Shown: positions 25,290-38,710, counted from the whole stretch's first letter. The stretch is 63,884 nt of DNA, filler included, from Octopus bimaculoides (GCF_001194135.2; 7 parts of 7 records of this genome joined end to end with filler, not necessarily neighbours in it), one strand, 5' to 3'. A program made the numbers and translations. The notes: generated by a model from the letters alone, not told the origin.

Positions 25290-26419
25290 TGTATGTATGT
25301 ATGAATGTATGTATGTATGTATGCATGCATGTATGCATTTATGTATGCATGTATGTATGTATTTATGTATGTATGTATGCATGCATGTATGTATGTATGT
25401 ATGCATGCATGTGTGTATGTATGCATGTATGTATGCATGTATGTAAATATATGAGTAAAGGAGTCGAGTGCAAACGGTGTACATGATGGCTGACGCGTCA
25501 TTGCTTGTATCGGTGCCACCTTAACCTCGTTTACCGCCACTGTTGTCAGAAGTTGTAACGACGGCAACAAGATGAAGAACAGCAACAACAGTATTACCAA
25601 CAACTGTTACCATTCCTCTCTGTTACAACAACAACAACAACAGCAACAGCAACCACAATGCTACTTGCGCAATTACAACAGCACTCACCACAACAACACA
25701 ATCCTTTGTAACAATAACCACAACTATGCCATCCGCACAAATACAGACTCCCCCACCACTACCACTACTACCACCGCCGCCACCGCCAGCGCTACCACNN
25801 NNNNNNNNNNNNNNNNNNNNNNNNNNNNNNNNNNNNNNNNNNNNNNNNNNNNNNNNNNNNNNNNNNNNNNNNNNNNNNNNNNNNNNNNNNNNNNNNNNNN
25901 NNNNNNNNNNNNNNNNNNNNNNNNNNNNNNNNNNNNNNNNNNNNNNNNNNNNNNNNNNNNNNNNNNNNNNNNNNNNNNNNNNNNNNNNNNNNNNNNNNNN
26001 NNNNNNNNNNNNNNNNNNNNNNNNNNNNNNNNNNNNNNNNNNNNNNNNNNNNNNNNNNNNNNNNNNNNNNNNNNNNNNNNNNNNNNNNNNNNNNNNNNNN
26101 NNNNNNNNNNNNNNNNNNNNNNNNNNNNNNNNNNNNNNNNNNNNNNNNNNNNNNNNNNNNNNNNNNNNNNNNNNNNNNNNNNNNNNNNNNNNNNNNNNNN
26201 NNNNNNNNNNNNNNNNNNNNNNNNNNNNNNNNNNNNNNNNNNNNNNNNNNNNNNNNNNNNNNNNNNNNNNNNNNNNNNNNNNNNNNNNNNNNNNNNNCAC
26301 CACCGCCGCCACCGCTGCCGCCGCCGCCGCTGCTGCTACCATACCATTACTATTACTACTATTGCTCTGCTGCTCCTGCTGGTGCTGCGGTTGGTACTAT
26401 TGATGATAATAATAATTAT

Positions 26420-26585
26420 AATCCTTTCTAATATAGGCACAAGGCCTGACATTCTTGTCGGCGGGGGTAAGTCGCTTACATCGATACCAGTGGTTCACTG
26501 GTACTTAATTTGTCGACCCTGAAAAGATGAAAGACGAAATCGACGTCGGTGAAATTTGAACTCAGAACGTAAAGACGAACGAAAT
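26420..26585 (-). mobile_element. SINE family A, 5'-truncated
   Basis: CCTTTCTAATATAGGCACAAGGCC tail and GAAATTTGAACTCAGAACGTAAAG. Confidence 0.85.
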
Positions 26586-28157
26586 CGGATCGTAAAGACG
26601 GAGACTCATTATCCCCTTTAATTTTTGTCTTATGTTTGATGCCCCTTAATTTAGTATTAAGGAAGGCAAAGGCAGTCAAAAAATAGCAAGGGAAAAAATT
26701 AACCATTTGCTCTACATCGATGATCTGAAGTTTTTTAGTAAGAATGAAAAAGAGATAGATTCTTTAATACAGACTGTAAGACTCTTCAGCAAAGATATGG
26801 GCATGGAATTTGGCATAGATTATTAGTGCAATATTAGTTATGAGAAGGGGACAGGTAGTCAACAGCGAAAGCATCTAATCACCAGATGGACAGGCATTAA
26901 AATCATTGAAAGGAGAAAAGAGTTATAAGTATCTAGGAGTATTAGAGTCCGAGAGAGTACAAACTATAGAAATGAAAACGAAAATTGAGAAGGGTGAGGA
27001 AGCTAATGAAGTCAAATTTGAATGGTTCGAATCTAGTGAAGTCTATAAATACTTGGGCAGTATCATTACTTAGATACTCAGCAGATTTTCTAGATTGGAC
27101 AAAAACTGAATTAGTAAAGCTAGACAGAAGAACTAGGAAGGAATTCAATATGAATGGAGGATTCCACCCAAGGGCAGGAGTAGCAAGATTATACTAACCT
27201 AGAAAGGAAGGTGGAAGAGGGTTAATATCAGTAGAAAACTGTGTGGAGTTAGCTTCAGTAGATATAGACTCCTATGTACGTAATGGTGAAGAAAGTTTAT
27301 TAAGAGCTGCTAGAGTCACAGCAACATATAGGAAAACCGAAAAACCAAGCGATGTTAAAAACCAGGCAAAAGAACAAATGATATCTGACTGATATGAGAA
27401 GGCTTTGCATCATAGATTTCAAAGGATAGTCACAGCAAACAGTCATAGTGAGAATGGTTATGGTTGCAGAGAGGAAGGCTGAAAAGGGAGACAGAAAGTT
27501 TGTTAGTAACAGCATAAGATCAAGCATTAAGGACTAATTGGATAAAAGACAAGATAGACAAAAACCAAGAAGATTCTCAATGTAGATTATGCAAATCAAA
27601 AGAAGAAAATTTTACTCAAATGGTAAGTTAATGTATCATGCTGGCACAGAAAGAATACAAGACATGACAACCTGGGGAGAGTAATCCACTGAGAGTTATG
27701 TAGAAAGCTAGGATTTGGCCATATTGATAAATGATATGAGCATGAACCTAGTAAAATACTAGAAAGTAAGAAATACAAGATGTTGTAGGACTTTAACATT
27801 CAGACTGACAAAGTAATAGAAGCTAGAAGGCCTGATTTAGTCCTATTAGATAAAGAGAATAGAAAGTGTCAGATAACTGATTTTACAGTCACAAATGATG
27901 AAAAAAAAATCAATATGAGAGGTATAAAAAATCATAGGTGCACTGGGAACTTTCCCTAAAATTCTGAACAGACGGATACAGAAAACAGGCACAAACCCAG
28001 TTTAGTACAGCTCCAGAAAACAGTGTTATTAAGGACAGCTAGGATACTTAGGAAGGTTCTTGGCATCTAAGCTAACCTTGTTGCAGCTCCCCCCCCCCGT
28101 TGTTAGGATTCTTTTCTTGTTCCAACAGTCTAATCTGTTGTGTGTATATGAATAATA

Positions 28158-28224
<67 letters not shown>

Positions 28225-28230
28225 NNNNNN
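26586..28230 (+). mobile_element. 5'-truncated R4/Dong-type LINE (RT, zinc knuckle, RLE endonuclease) with (TAA)n tail
   Basis: GDSLSPLIFVLCLMPL, NHLLYIDDLK, YKYLG, RKEGGRGL, CRLC, RRPDLVLLDKENRKCQITDF, TARILRKVLGI; several stops and frameshifts. Confidence 0.92.
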
Positions 28231-29224
28231 NNNNNNNNNNNNNNNNNNNNNNNNNNNNNNNNNNNNNNTTAATTAATTAANNNNNNNNNNNNNNNNNNNN
28301 NNNNNNNNNNNNNNNNNNNNNNNNTATATATATATATATATATCACAACCATGACGACTACCCACGTAGTTACTACCATCATCATCACAATCACCAACAT
28401 AAACGCTGTTAAAAGAAAAACTACCACCACAACTACCACCACAAGAAACAACAACAACAACGACACTAACACTAACAACAACAATTCTGTGAAAGACATT
28501 CAGGAACTCTAAACTATCCTGTTGACATTTGTGGAATTCGAAGAAAATGTCATATTCCAGACAAAACAAGAATTCACTCAAAGTGGAATGTTTACAGCCT
28601 AAGAAACAAGGTATATTTGGAAGATGGAGGCTGTAGTGACTGGAAGAATTAAATATTATGACTGTCTTTTATGGTGGTGGTAGTAACGGTGGACGCACTA
28701 ATTGTGGTGGCGCTGGTTTTAGTGGTGGTAGTGGTGGTGGTGGTGGTAGTGGTGGTCGTAAAGGAGATGTGGTCGATGGAAAGAAGATGAGTGATTTGTG
28801 TTCAATACTTAAAAATGGAAGCTGAGGTGTTTGTTAGCCTTCCGGGTTTCGTTATTCGTAGAGCATCAGCGCGAATGTGTTCAAATCCCATGTCAGAATA
28901 CATACATACATGTATAATTACATAATATATGCATACATATATACATAGATATGTAAATATAAATATATATATATATATATATANNNNNNNNNNNNNNNNN
29001 NNNNNNNNNNNNNNNNNNNNNNNNNNNNNNNNNNNNNNNNNNNNNNNNNNNNNNNNNNNNNNNNNNNNNNNNNNNNNNNNNNNNNNNNNNNNNNNNNNNN
29101 NNNNNNNNNNNNNNNNNNNNNNNNNNNNNNNNNNNNNNNNNNNNNNNNNNNNNNNNNNNNNNNNNNNNNNNNNNNNNNNNNNNNNNNNNNNNNNNNNNNN
29201 NNNNNNNNNNNNNNNNNNNNNNNN

Positions 29225-29265
<41 letters not shown>

Positions 29266-30246
29266 TGCAACAAAACATCTGTCTATAAACATGATCCCGT
29301 GGACAAGTTTGACTCTACAAGATCTAATAACTCAATGAAAGACAACTTAGAAACACGAGAACACAAGATACGAAAGGTTTACAGTCAACAAGCACATCAA
29401 ACATATATATATCCATCATCAGCTGCCAAACGTATATTACTTTGATTTCGACACCTGAACAATACCAAATTTGGTGTTTCCACTCTTTGTGTTTATGCGC
29501 TTTGTGCAGAATCTGTCTTTTCCTATTGAAGCCACTGAGATGTAGTGCCAAGTTGCCCGTCTAATAAAACCGTTAACCGGGTTCTGAATGACTTCTTCTC
29601 AACCTGGTGGCAGAATGCGAATTTTGAGCATAGAGGACATGAATACATGACGTAAGACATTTCGTTCGACTCGCAAACAATTCCGCCAATCCATAGCGTG
29701 GACTGTTATTCTATTTATCGAGTCCGAAAAACAAAAAAATAAAAAAAAAAGGAAAAGCAAATTTGACCTCGTTAGGATTTGACCACAAAACAGAAAGCGA
29801 AACACCTGCAAAATATTCTACCCGATGCTTTAACAGCGTTTTCAGTCCGACCGCTTTTACAGTTTTTACTTTTAGAATATTATTCTCAAACATATAACAA
29901 TTAAAAAAAAGCTAGCTTTGATCAATTACAATGTTTTCATTGTCAAAAATGACCACAGCAGGATTAAGTGCTTGTGCTTTGATTACTGAAACATGAGAGT
30001 GTTAGCGAATATTTATGTTTTGCTGAGCAAGCATGGGCGACGACGCCGAACGTTTCTGAGAATATTAGAATTCATCATGATAATTAGATTACATTGACTA
30101 CATTGGGAATCGCTCCTAATGTGTGTGTGTGTATGTATAAAACGTGGGAACCTTTATGCAATCACTTAATCTACTAGAAATAGCAGTTAAATACTTTTCA
30201 TTATTTAAAAAAAAGATAGGCTGTGGATAATATAGTCTAAGATACG

Positions 30247-31360
30247 TTATTATCAGTCCGAACATGCTTGATGCACGTTCGAACTGGGGAACAAGCTACT
30301 CACGGCGTTTTGTCACGGAGAATATATCTCGCTTGTTGACAAATGGTGTGTATACGCCTAGATCAGCTTGCAGCGCCACCTACCTAGACTGGGAGATGTT
30401 AACATTTCGGAGTAGTTTATCTCCTCATTGGTCACAGACACTAAGCAGACGACACTGCGAGCTGAATTAAGAGATTACCTTTCTTATGCTTTTCCAGTGA
30501 CTGGCAGCGCTAAACGGCGGCTCACCGTAAGTAAATTACGGGGAGGGAGAGCTAAGCAGTGGTAAATGAAACTGAAATCTTATTATCTGTCCGAATATGC
30601 CTGATGCACGTTCGAACTGGGTAACAAGTTACTCACTGCGTTTTGCCACGGAGAATATATCTCTCTTGTTATCATTAGATTATAATTAAGGCTTTTTAAG
30701 GCTCATTTACATTGGCTGGTTCAGCTCATGTGGAGAGATCGATGGTTGCCAACTGATATTATCTGATAGTGAGTTGGGACAAGAGTTACTACTTGTTGCT
30801 AAATGCTAATTGAGGAGTAACTTCAGCACGGTAAGCAGGAGTAGCATCCCTTGTTCTGGTTAGAGATTCCTATATCAAGACAAGTGTTAACATCTCAGTC
30901 TAGGTAGATGGCGGTGCGAGCTAATATAGGTGTATGCACACCATTTGTCAACAAACGGGATATATTTTCCATAACAAATCGCAGTGAGTAGCTTGTTCCC
31001 CAGTTCGAACATACATGAAGCATATTCGGACTAATAATAACATCGCAATTTAATTTATTACTACATAGTTCTCCCCGCTCTGTAATTAGATACGTTATCT
31101 GTACAAAAGACAAATAGTTACAGTGAGGTGCTTATTGCCAAGGGATCCTAAGTAATGCTAGCTATCATTAGATGATAATTCAGGCTTTTTTTTAAGTCTC
31201 ACTTACATTGGCTGGTTCAGATCATATGGAGTGATCGATGATACTAACTGATAGTGAGTTGGAATAAGGGTTACTACTCTATTGTTAAATGCTATTTCGG
31301 AAGTAACTTCAGCATGATGAGTAGGAGCAGACTCCCTTGTTCTGGTTAGAGATTTCTATA
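30247..31360. repeat. Local mosaic of two unclassified repeats: X (30247-30403), partial X' (30581-30670), Y (30671-30875), inverted X'' (30885-31040), Y' (31164-31360)
   Basis: Pairwise similarity visible directly, e.g. GTTCGAACTGGG(G/T)AACAAG(C/T)TACTCAC in X and CCCTTGTTCTGGTTAGAGATT in Y. Confidence 0.85.
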
Positions 31361-32639
31361 TAAAAAATTTCAATAAAGTTTATGGCCGCTTATTGAAGGA
31401 AATTTGACTTTCACAAGCTTTCGTATCAAAACATTTAATATTGGAAAAACCTAAAACAAAGGGTAACTATTCGTGTTCACTGTGTTGAAGTTGCTTTCTA
31501 CACAACAGACCATCACCAACCAGTAGCAGTCTTACTTAGTAGCATTCAGCAATCAGTAACAGCCCTTATCCATCAGCAATCCGTGGCGATAAACGGCTAC
31601 CGATTCAATAAGGTGATCTGAACCAATCAATAACTCGTTGGAAGGAACATTGGAAGGAGTTGGAAAGAGCATTATTCCGTAACAACTGGTCTTACCTAAA
31701 AAGTGAAAGCTGTCATCAAAATAAAGCATCTGGAAAATCAGAAATTTAGAGATCGTGTAATAAGCTGTTAATACAGTTAATTATAAAAACAAAGACCTTG
31801 ATACGTCTTCGGTACTCTTCTGCAGTTTACAAGCCTATTTATGCACATACACTCAGATATGTGTTTATGCATATATACAACATACATACATGCATACATG
31901 CATACATACGTAGAACGTACATACGTACGTACATACATATATNNNNNNNNNNNNNNNNNNNNNNNNNNNNNNNNNNNNNNNNNNNNNNNNNNNNNNNNNN
32001 NNNNNNNNNNNNNNNNNNNNNNNNNNNNNNNNNNNNNNNNNNNNNNNNNNNNNNNNNNNNNNNNNNNNNNNNNNNNNNNNNNNNNNNNNNNNNNNNNNNN
32101 NNNNNNNNNNNNNNNNNNNNNNNNNNNNNNNNNNNNNNNNNNNNNNNNNNNNNNNNNNNATACATATGTGTGTGTGTGATATAATATAATATATTACACA
32201 CACATAAGCATATATATGTAGATATTTTAGTGCGTTTATGTCCGCATTCCTATTGTTTTTACACAGATAAAAATAAAAATAGAAGAAATTGATGAAATTG
32301 GTCCTGTAAACGCTTATGGAAACTGTCAAAACGCTCTACATTCGCTAAATACTGATTTAACTCCGCAAAACCACAAATTTAGTGGGGGGGGGGTTCTTTT
32401 GGCATTTCTTTAAAACGTCTGCCAAATAAAATACATTTTTCTTTGACCGTTGGTACAGACCAGTCTAATTTTCACTCTGTAAAATAACTACAGTACTTCT
32501 AAATAATTTAATAAAACGAGTCGAGCAATCACTCACTGAGAACCAACGAACTTTTGCATATAACAGTAGCTTACTACATAGCTGTTGAAAATGTATAATA
32601 TTACGGATATTCCATATGATCTTATTTTTTGTCCTAATT

Positions 32640-33420
32640 AATTACGACTAATGATAAGTGAAGACTTGCATCCAGATGTTTTCCTACAAGCCATTGTATC
32701 TAAACCACGTAATACGCAAAACGTTTGATACTACCTTCTTCAGAGATACCTCAAAACCGTGATAGCAATATATAATAGATGATACCTCATCGGTAGCGCA
32801 TGACAGTAATGTTATTGTTTTTCGCATAGTACGATTTCACAGCGGAAAATATCGATAATTCTTTGCTGCCTGTAATAAAAATTTCAAGTAAACAAAATTT
32901 CTTTGTGCTCGATACTCTATTCACCAAGATACTATATAAAAGCATTACTATCTGTAATGGTGAACTCATTCAACTGCTCGGAAAATGGTGAGTTTTAAAG
33001 ATTAACAATGAGATTTTTTTTAATATTAACCATCATTTCTTCAATGGGTCGCTTTACAGTGGTATATTTAATGGGACAGCATTTTGTATAACTTCAGTTG
33101 GTCTGACGCATGACTGTTGAGATAAATTCTTTAATGGAGAGTATTATCAAAGTTCCACCAATGATATAGCTCCTACTACTCTTTGAAACCAGTTTGAGAT
33201 ACAATAGATTGCAATTAATTCAGCTTCGTTCTGTGCATTCTGATTTTTAAATGAAGCAGTTATTATTGAACGATATTTTAATATCTTTCTGTTGTTATTC
33301 TGTAGGCTTATCTTTATATTTTGCATGACTGACAGCAAGATATTCTCGCAATCAGCCTGGTTTCATGGTTTCGGTAGTAAAGTATTGTAACACATCAAAC
33401 ATTTTGGAAAGGCTTATTGG
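32640..33420 (-). pseudogene. hAT Buster/Charlie-type (ZBED5/SCAND3-like) transposase remnant
   Basis: Across frameshifts the minus strand gives SIKEFISTVMRQ...VPLN...VKRPIEEMMVNIKKNLIVNL*NSPFSEQLNEFTITDSNA...SIFSAVKSYYAKNNI, resembling Buster LSNNTV.RRIEEM...SPFSLQLDEST. Confidence 0.75.
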
Positions 33421-33830
33421 AAAAAAGTATTTAATTAAAATGATCTTTAAATATTCTAAGTAGCTTCCAGCATATTTCCTTTCTTGAGATGTATTGCATA
33501 TAAATTGTGGCAAAAGGTGCAAAAACAAACAATAAAATAATCATAGAAGAAAAACTAGAGACCTTCCCTCGCACCAGCTATCACACCCTCCTTAGGAAAC
33601 ATATATATCACATCGCTGTTTTGATCCTAGTACATCGTCAGATTAATGAAGTAATTTATAACTCAACACTTTTTAAGCCAGCTACTTCACTGAAGTAATT
33701 AAATAAGTGAAAGCAAGAGGGAGGGGAGAAAGGGAGAGAGAGGGGTGAAGAAGAAGGAAGAGATTTGTTTCTGACAGAAAACGGTATACTTTGATAACAT
33801 TGGTGTTCAAAGATATGTGTATATATATAA

Positions 33831-33877
<47 letters not shown>

Positions 33878-34271
33878 CACGCGTGTGTGTGTGGATATAT
33901 GAATAAAATGTTCGCTTTGCAACCACATGGTTTCCAGGCTCAGTCACATTTNNNNNNNNNNNNNNNNNNNNNNNNNNNNNNNNNNNNNNNNNNNNNNNNN
34001 NNNNNNNNNNNNNNNNNNNNNNNNNNNNNNNNNNNNNNNNNNNNNNNNNNNNNNNNNNNNNNNNNNNNNNNNNNNNNNNNNNNNNNNNNNNNNNNNNNNN
34101 NNNNNNNNNNNNNNNNNNNNNNNNNNNNNNNNNNNNNNNNNNNNNNNNNNNNNNNNNNNNNNNNNNNNNNNNNTATATATATATATATATATATGCATGT
34201 GCATGTTTGTGTGTGTGTGTGTGCGTGCATGCGTAGGTATGGGTATGTGTGTTTATTTTGATAATAATAAT

Positions 34272-34478
34272 AATTTCAAATTTTGGCATAAGGCATAAAA
34301 TATTGAAGAGAAGAGCAAGTCGATTACATCAATCTCAGTTTTGAACTGGTACTTATTTTATCGAATCAGAAAAAGCAATGTCGACCTCGACGGAATTTGA
34401 ACTCAGAACGTAAAGACAGACGAAATGCCGCTGCTCATTTTGCCCGGCGTGCCTATGAGTCTGTCAGCTCGCCGTCTT
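34272..34478 (-). mobile_element. SINE family A, diverged
   Basis: GTCGACCTCGACGGAATTTGAACTCAGAACGTAAAGACAGACGAAATGCCGC...CAGCTCGCCG. Confidence 0.85.
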
Positions 34479-34807
34479 TAAAACAAGATATGGTGTAAAA
34501 ATATCAGTTTTACTTTTTCCACAGTGAAATGAGCCTGTTGAATTTTTTGTCTTGATATCTATATGGTTCGCACCTGAGACGTACACGGAATGACTCGAAA
34601 GTGCTAGCTCTAAAGATTTTTATAAATTTATATAAATATTTATAAATTTATATAAATTTATCTAGTTTCATTTCATTTACGAGAAAATATTCAAAGATTT
34701 TGGCACCTGTATATCACTGATCTCAAGAACAGCACATTCATTAGTTTGACTAATCTTATTTTCATCATCATCACCATCATTATCCCTCGCTGCCTTTTAA
34801 AATGTAA

Positions 34808-35012
34808 CGAGATGGCAGAATCGTTTCCACACAAGGCAAAATGCTTAGCAGCATTTCGTTTGTCGCTACGTTCTGAGTTCAAATTTCGCCGAAGTCAGCT
34901 TTGCCTTTCATCCTTCCGGAGCCGATAAAATAAGCACTAGTAGAGCACTGGGGTCAATGTAATCGACTAGCCCCTGCCCCAAATTTCAGGCTTTGTGCTT
35001 ATAGTGGAAAGG
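34808..35012 (+). mobile_element. SINE family A
   Basis: TGGCAGAATCG...GAGTTCAAATTTCGCC...CTTTGTGCTTATAGTGGAAAGG followed by (ATT)n. Confidence 0.85.
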
Positions 35013-35050
<38 letters not shown>

Positions 35051-36112
35051 GAAAGCGTCTCTTAATTACCAGTTATTCTTTACTTGAAAGCAGGCAATAA
35101 CAAATCACCAAAGGTCTCAAGTAGTGCCTTCTCCTGTGACTCAAAGAGACAATACTCTCCTTAGAATGCGAGCTGTACCTAACAATGCTGTCTTCGAGCC
35201 TGACAGCAACTCCAATATTTTTTTAATGTTTTTCAAAGCTCTTAGAAACTGCTCTTAATTCTCCAATTACCACCGGTATCACCGTTACTTTCCTCGTGCT
35301 CTATAAATTTCTTATCTCATCCCGCAATGGCTGTATTTTTCATTCTTTTCTGTTTCCTTACGTTTCACCCTCAAATCGCCTGGCATTGTAACATCTTTTA
35401 TCTTTACTTCTTTTTCGTCTTTATGGATGATCACGATATCTGGCCGTCTCGCCTCTATGACTTGGTCGCACTATATGTTAAAATTTCAGAGTATTTTGTA
35501 ATGTTACTTTTCCATTACTCCTTCTGGCTTGTGCTCATGCCATTGTTAGGCTCTCTCGAGGTTTGCTTTACCGCACAACAGCCAGTGGACATGTCTGGCC
35601 ACATTGTCGTGTCTCCTTTTGCCTTCGCGTTGTGCTAGCTTACAACACTCACTAACAATATGGTTTATATTATACTTTCTCCCTTCTCAGAGCACATCCT
35701 ACACTGTGGCAAGTCAGTGCTTTTATCAAGGTGATATTTGGAGTAGTTTGTTGTGAGAGCTTGTTCTTGGACACTGCACACTAATGCTTCAGTGGGCCCT
35801 TTTAAGTCTCCTTTCTGCAGCCATTGCCAGGTTCTATTCCAATCAATCTCATCTTTACTCTTCAAGAACTGACTATGCATTTTCTTGTCCTGCCAAAATT
35901 TCTTCATCTGCTCTCTCTGGTCTTTCTTAAATCGTGTTGGATCTACGGCTTCGTTGACTTTTAAGGCTCCCTGCATTTTCACTGCTTCAATAGTTTCTTC
36001 CTTACTCCTCTTGACATTCCAAGCCAGGCTGTTCTCTTCCCTTACACAACCTTCACAACACATCAATCCCCGTCCTCCTTCTTTCCTCTTTACATACAAT
36101 CTTGACACTCTT
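35051..36112 (-). mobile_element. 5'-truncated R4/Dong-type LINE flanked by (TAA)n on both sides
   Basis: SRLYVKRKEGGRGL...LQKGDLKGPTEAL...CRMCSEKGE, then ARRPDIV RLE motif. Confidence 0.9.
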
Positions 36113-36139
36113 ATTATTATTATTATTATTATGTTTGAT

Positions 36140-37250
36140 AAGCCTTAGTTTCCTATTTAGGGTTTCTTCATTATGAAGAGAGCGTCGTCCCTGTATAATC
36201 CGGGAATTCGTCCAGTATGTATGACAGCAAATAGATGCCTACCAGGTCAGTTACCTGTGCTGAATTTGGAGTTAGGGGTATCTTTACGTACCCAGAGTTT
36301 ATTATCAAAGCTAATAAGTGATTTCCTCGCTTCTAATATTACTTTTATTTCCTTCATGTTCAATTGTGTGTGATTTTTGGCATATATTAGGATACTATTG
36401 AGAATCTTAGGGTTAATTGAGGAGTAGTAGTCTACTATGTCTATCTGTATGAATTTGTAGTTGCTCTTGTTCTCTATGCTGGAGAACCAATTAATGGCTT
36501 ATTGGACCACAATTCCAGGGTTATTTTTACTTTTTAGCTTAGGGATGTATTTATCGAGTATTAGTTTGCTTAATTTACATAAGTCTGATTTATTTGGACA
36601 TATTAGTCTTACTTTAGTATCGGTTAGGAAGTTAAGTTTATGGTCTTTTATAGTGATGCGAGGTCTGGATAGTATGAAGGGTTCCGTTTTGTCCGCTAAG
36701 TTGTCGTCATTCATAATTTCTTTGGCTGCTAAGTTCAAAGATCTTAAGGTGCTATCTGGTGCTAGTTTATATCTGTTAGTATTTTCCTTATGTAGCAGTT
36801 CATGGTATAATTTGACATCTAGGGTGTAAGAATTCCTAGTTTTGTCCGAGTGAACAATAAATCCGTTCTGTGATTTGAGCTTATATAGCAGGTCTTTTAG
36901 GTTCTTTTGATAGCTGTTATTCCTTAGTGGGTGTCGCTTGAATTTTAGGCTCTTTATTGTATCCCAGAGTTCATTTTCAATGGCCTCTAGGTGGCTGTTC
37001 ACTGGGGGTGTTTTCCTAGTTTTGAATACTCCTTTGGTGAATTCGTTTGTGTTGTGATGGTTTTGTGACTCGGGTTTAGCTTCCCTGTCATGATGTAAGG
37101 CTTCCCAGCGTAAGCGGTGATTGAAGTCAATTATTTTATTGAGGACTCCTTTAAGATATACATTTTTGAGTGGAATGAGTATATCTACTAACGAGGCTTC
37201 TATTGTTATTTGTTCCATTTTGCCAGTGTGCGGTTAATTGATGCCGGCTA
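36140..37250 (-). mobile_element. Penelope-like element, N-terminal domain plus disrupted reverse transcriptase
   Basis: ORF 36499-37218 (LIPLKNVYLKGVLNKIIDFNHRLRWEA...TIKDHK...VRLICPNKSDL) continues out of frame as DYYSSIN...ARKSLISFDNKLWVRK...GLYRDDAL; GIY-YIG part missing. Confidence 0.82.
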
Positions 37251-38143
37251 AAGTATCTTAGTCAGGAAGCTATATGTTATGTAGGTATCAGTTAGAGGGG
37301 TTCATGTAAGAATTACCACTTTTGTTTACATTACCATCACATATGTATAAATTATTTTCACATCCTAACCAATACATCTATCTATATTCGCATTCTAAAG
37401 AGATTTACTTAAACCAGTAAATTGAAACGATCGTAAATGCTACCTTCTTCTCTGCTTCTTCCTTCTTTGTTATCTAATTAATTAAAGACATACCAGCGAA
37501 AACCACGAGCTTCCCAATCTTATTATATCCATTTTCTACTCCTATATAACCTAAACTTCGGTTTACCAACCAAACCACCTCCTACCGTACAACATTACAA
37601 AAGACTGTACTTACCCACGTAATAACCAGGAGCGACTCTGGATTTAAATATCCCTTAGAGGTATTAAACCCCTCTAACTGATAGATACCTAGACTATACA
37701 CACACACACACACANNNNNNNNNNNNNNNNNNNNNNNNNNNNNNNNNNNNNNNNNNNNNNNNNNNNNNNNNNNNNNNNNNNNNNNNNNNNNNNNNNNNNN
37801 NNNNNNNNNNNNNNNNNNNNNNNNNNNNNNNNNNNNNNNNNNNNNNNNNNNNNNNNNNNNNNNNNNNNNNNNNNNNNNNNNNNNNNNNNNNNNNNNNNNN
37901 NNNNNNNNNNNNNNNNNNNNNNNNNNNNNNNNNNNNNNNNNNNNNNNNNNNNNNNNNNNNNNNNNNNNNNNNNNNNNNNNNNNNNNNNNNNNNNNNNNNN
38001 NNNNNNNNNNNNNNNNNNNNNNNNNNNNNNNNNNNNNNNNNNNNNNNNNNNNNNNNNNNNNNNNNNNNNNNNNNNNNNNNNNNNNNNNNNNNNNNNNNNN
38101 NNNNNNNNNNNNNNNNNNNNNNNNNNNNNNNNNNNNNNNNNNN

Positions 38144-38197
<54 letters not shown>

Positions 38198-38353
38198 GAC
38201 GGATTTCTTTCAGTTTCCGTCTACCAAACCTATTTACAAGGCTTTGGTCGGCCCGAGGCTATAGTAGAAGACACTTGCGCAAGGTACCATGCAGTGGAAC
38301 TAAAGCCGGAACTATGTGCTTAGTAAGTAAGCTACTCACCACGCAGCCAGTCC
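38198..38353 (-). mobile_element. SINE family B, 5' half
   Basis: CAAGGCTTTGGTCGGCCCGAGGCTATAGTAGAAGACACTTGC core and tRNA-like head. Confidence 0.88.
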
Positions 38354-38389
38354 TATATATATATATACAAGTAATATATGAGTATATGC

Positions 38390-38581
38390 GTTTATACGTA
38401 CATGTATGTACATACCTACATCTACATGTATATATAGATGCATATCTGGGTACACGACGTAGCAAAAAAAAACGTGGACAAAATGATAAACGGAATACAG
38501 AAAACACACAGGCCCCATAGAGAACATTTCCTTCATCAGCTGCCACCATTCTAAAACTAAGCGTTTCGAAGAGTTAGGGCA

Positions 38582-38582
<1 letters not shown>
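38390..38582 (-). ncRNA. Second, diverged copy of the permuted-hammerhead repeat, starting at the predicted cleavage site
   Basis: Minus strand CTGCC CTAACTCTTC GAAA CGC...GGCAG CTGATGA AGGAAAT, followed by the family end ACGTCGTGTACCCAGATATGCA; upstream is only (TA)n. Confidence 0.55.
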
Positions 38583-38652
<70 letters not shown>

Positions 38653-38668
38653 TGGGTGTAGATTAATG

Positions 38669-38710
<42 letters not shown>

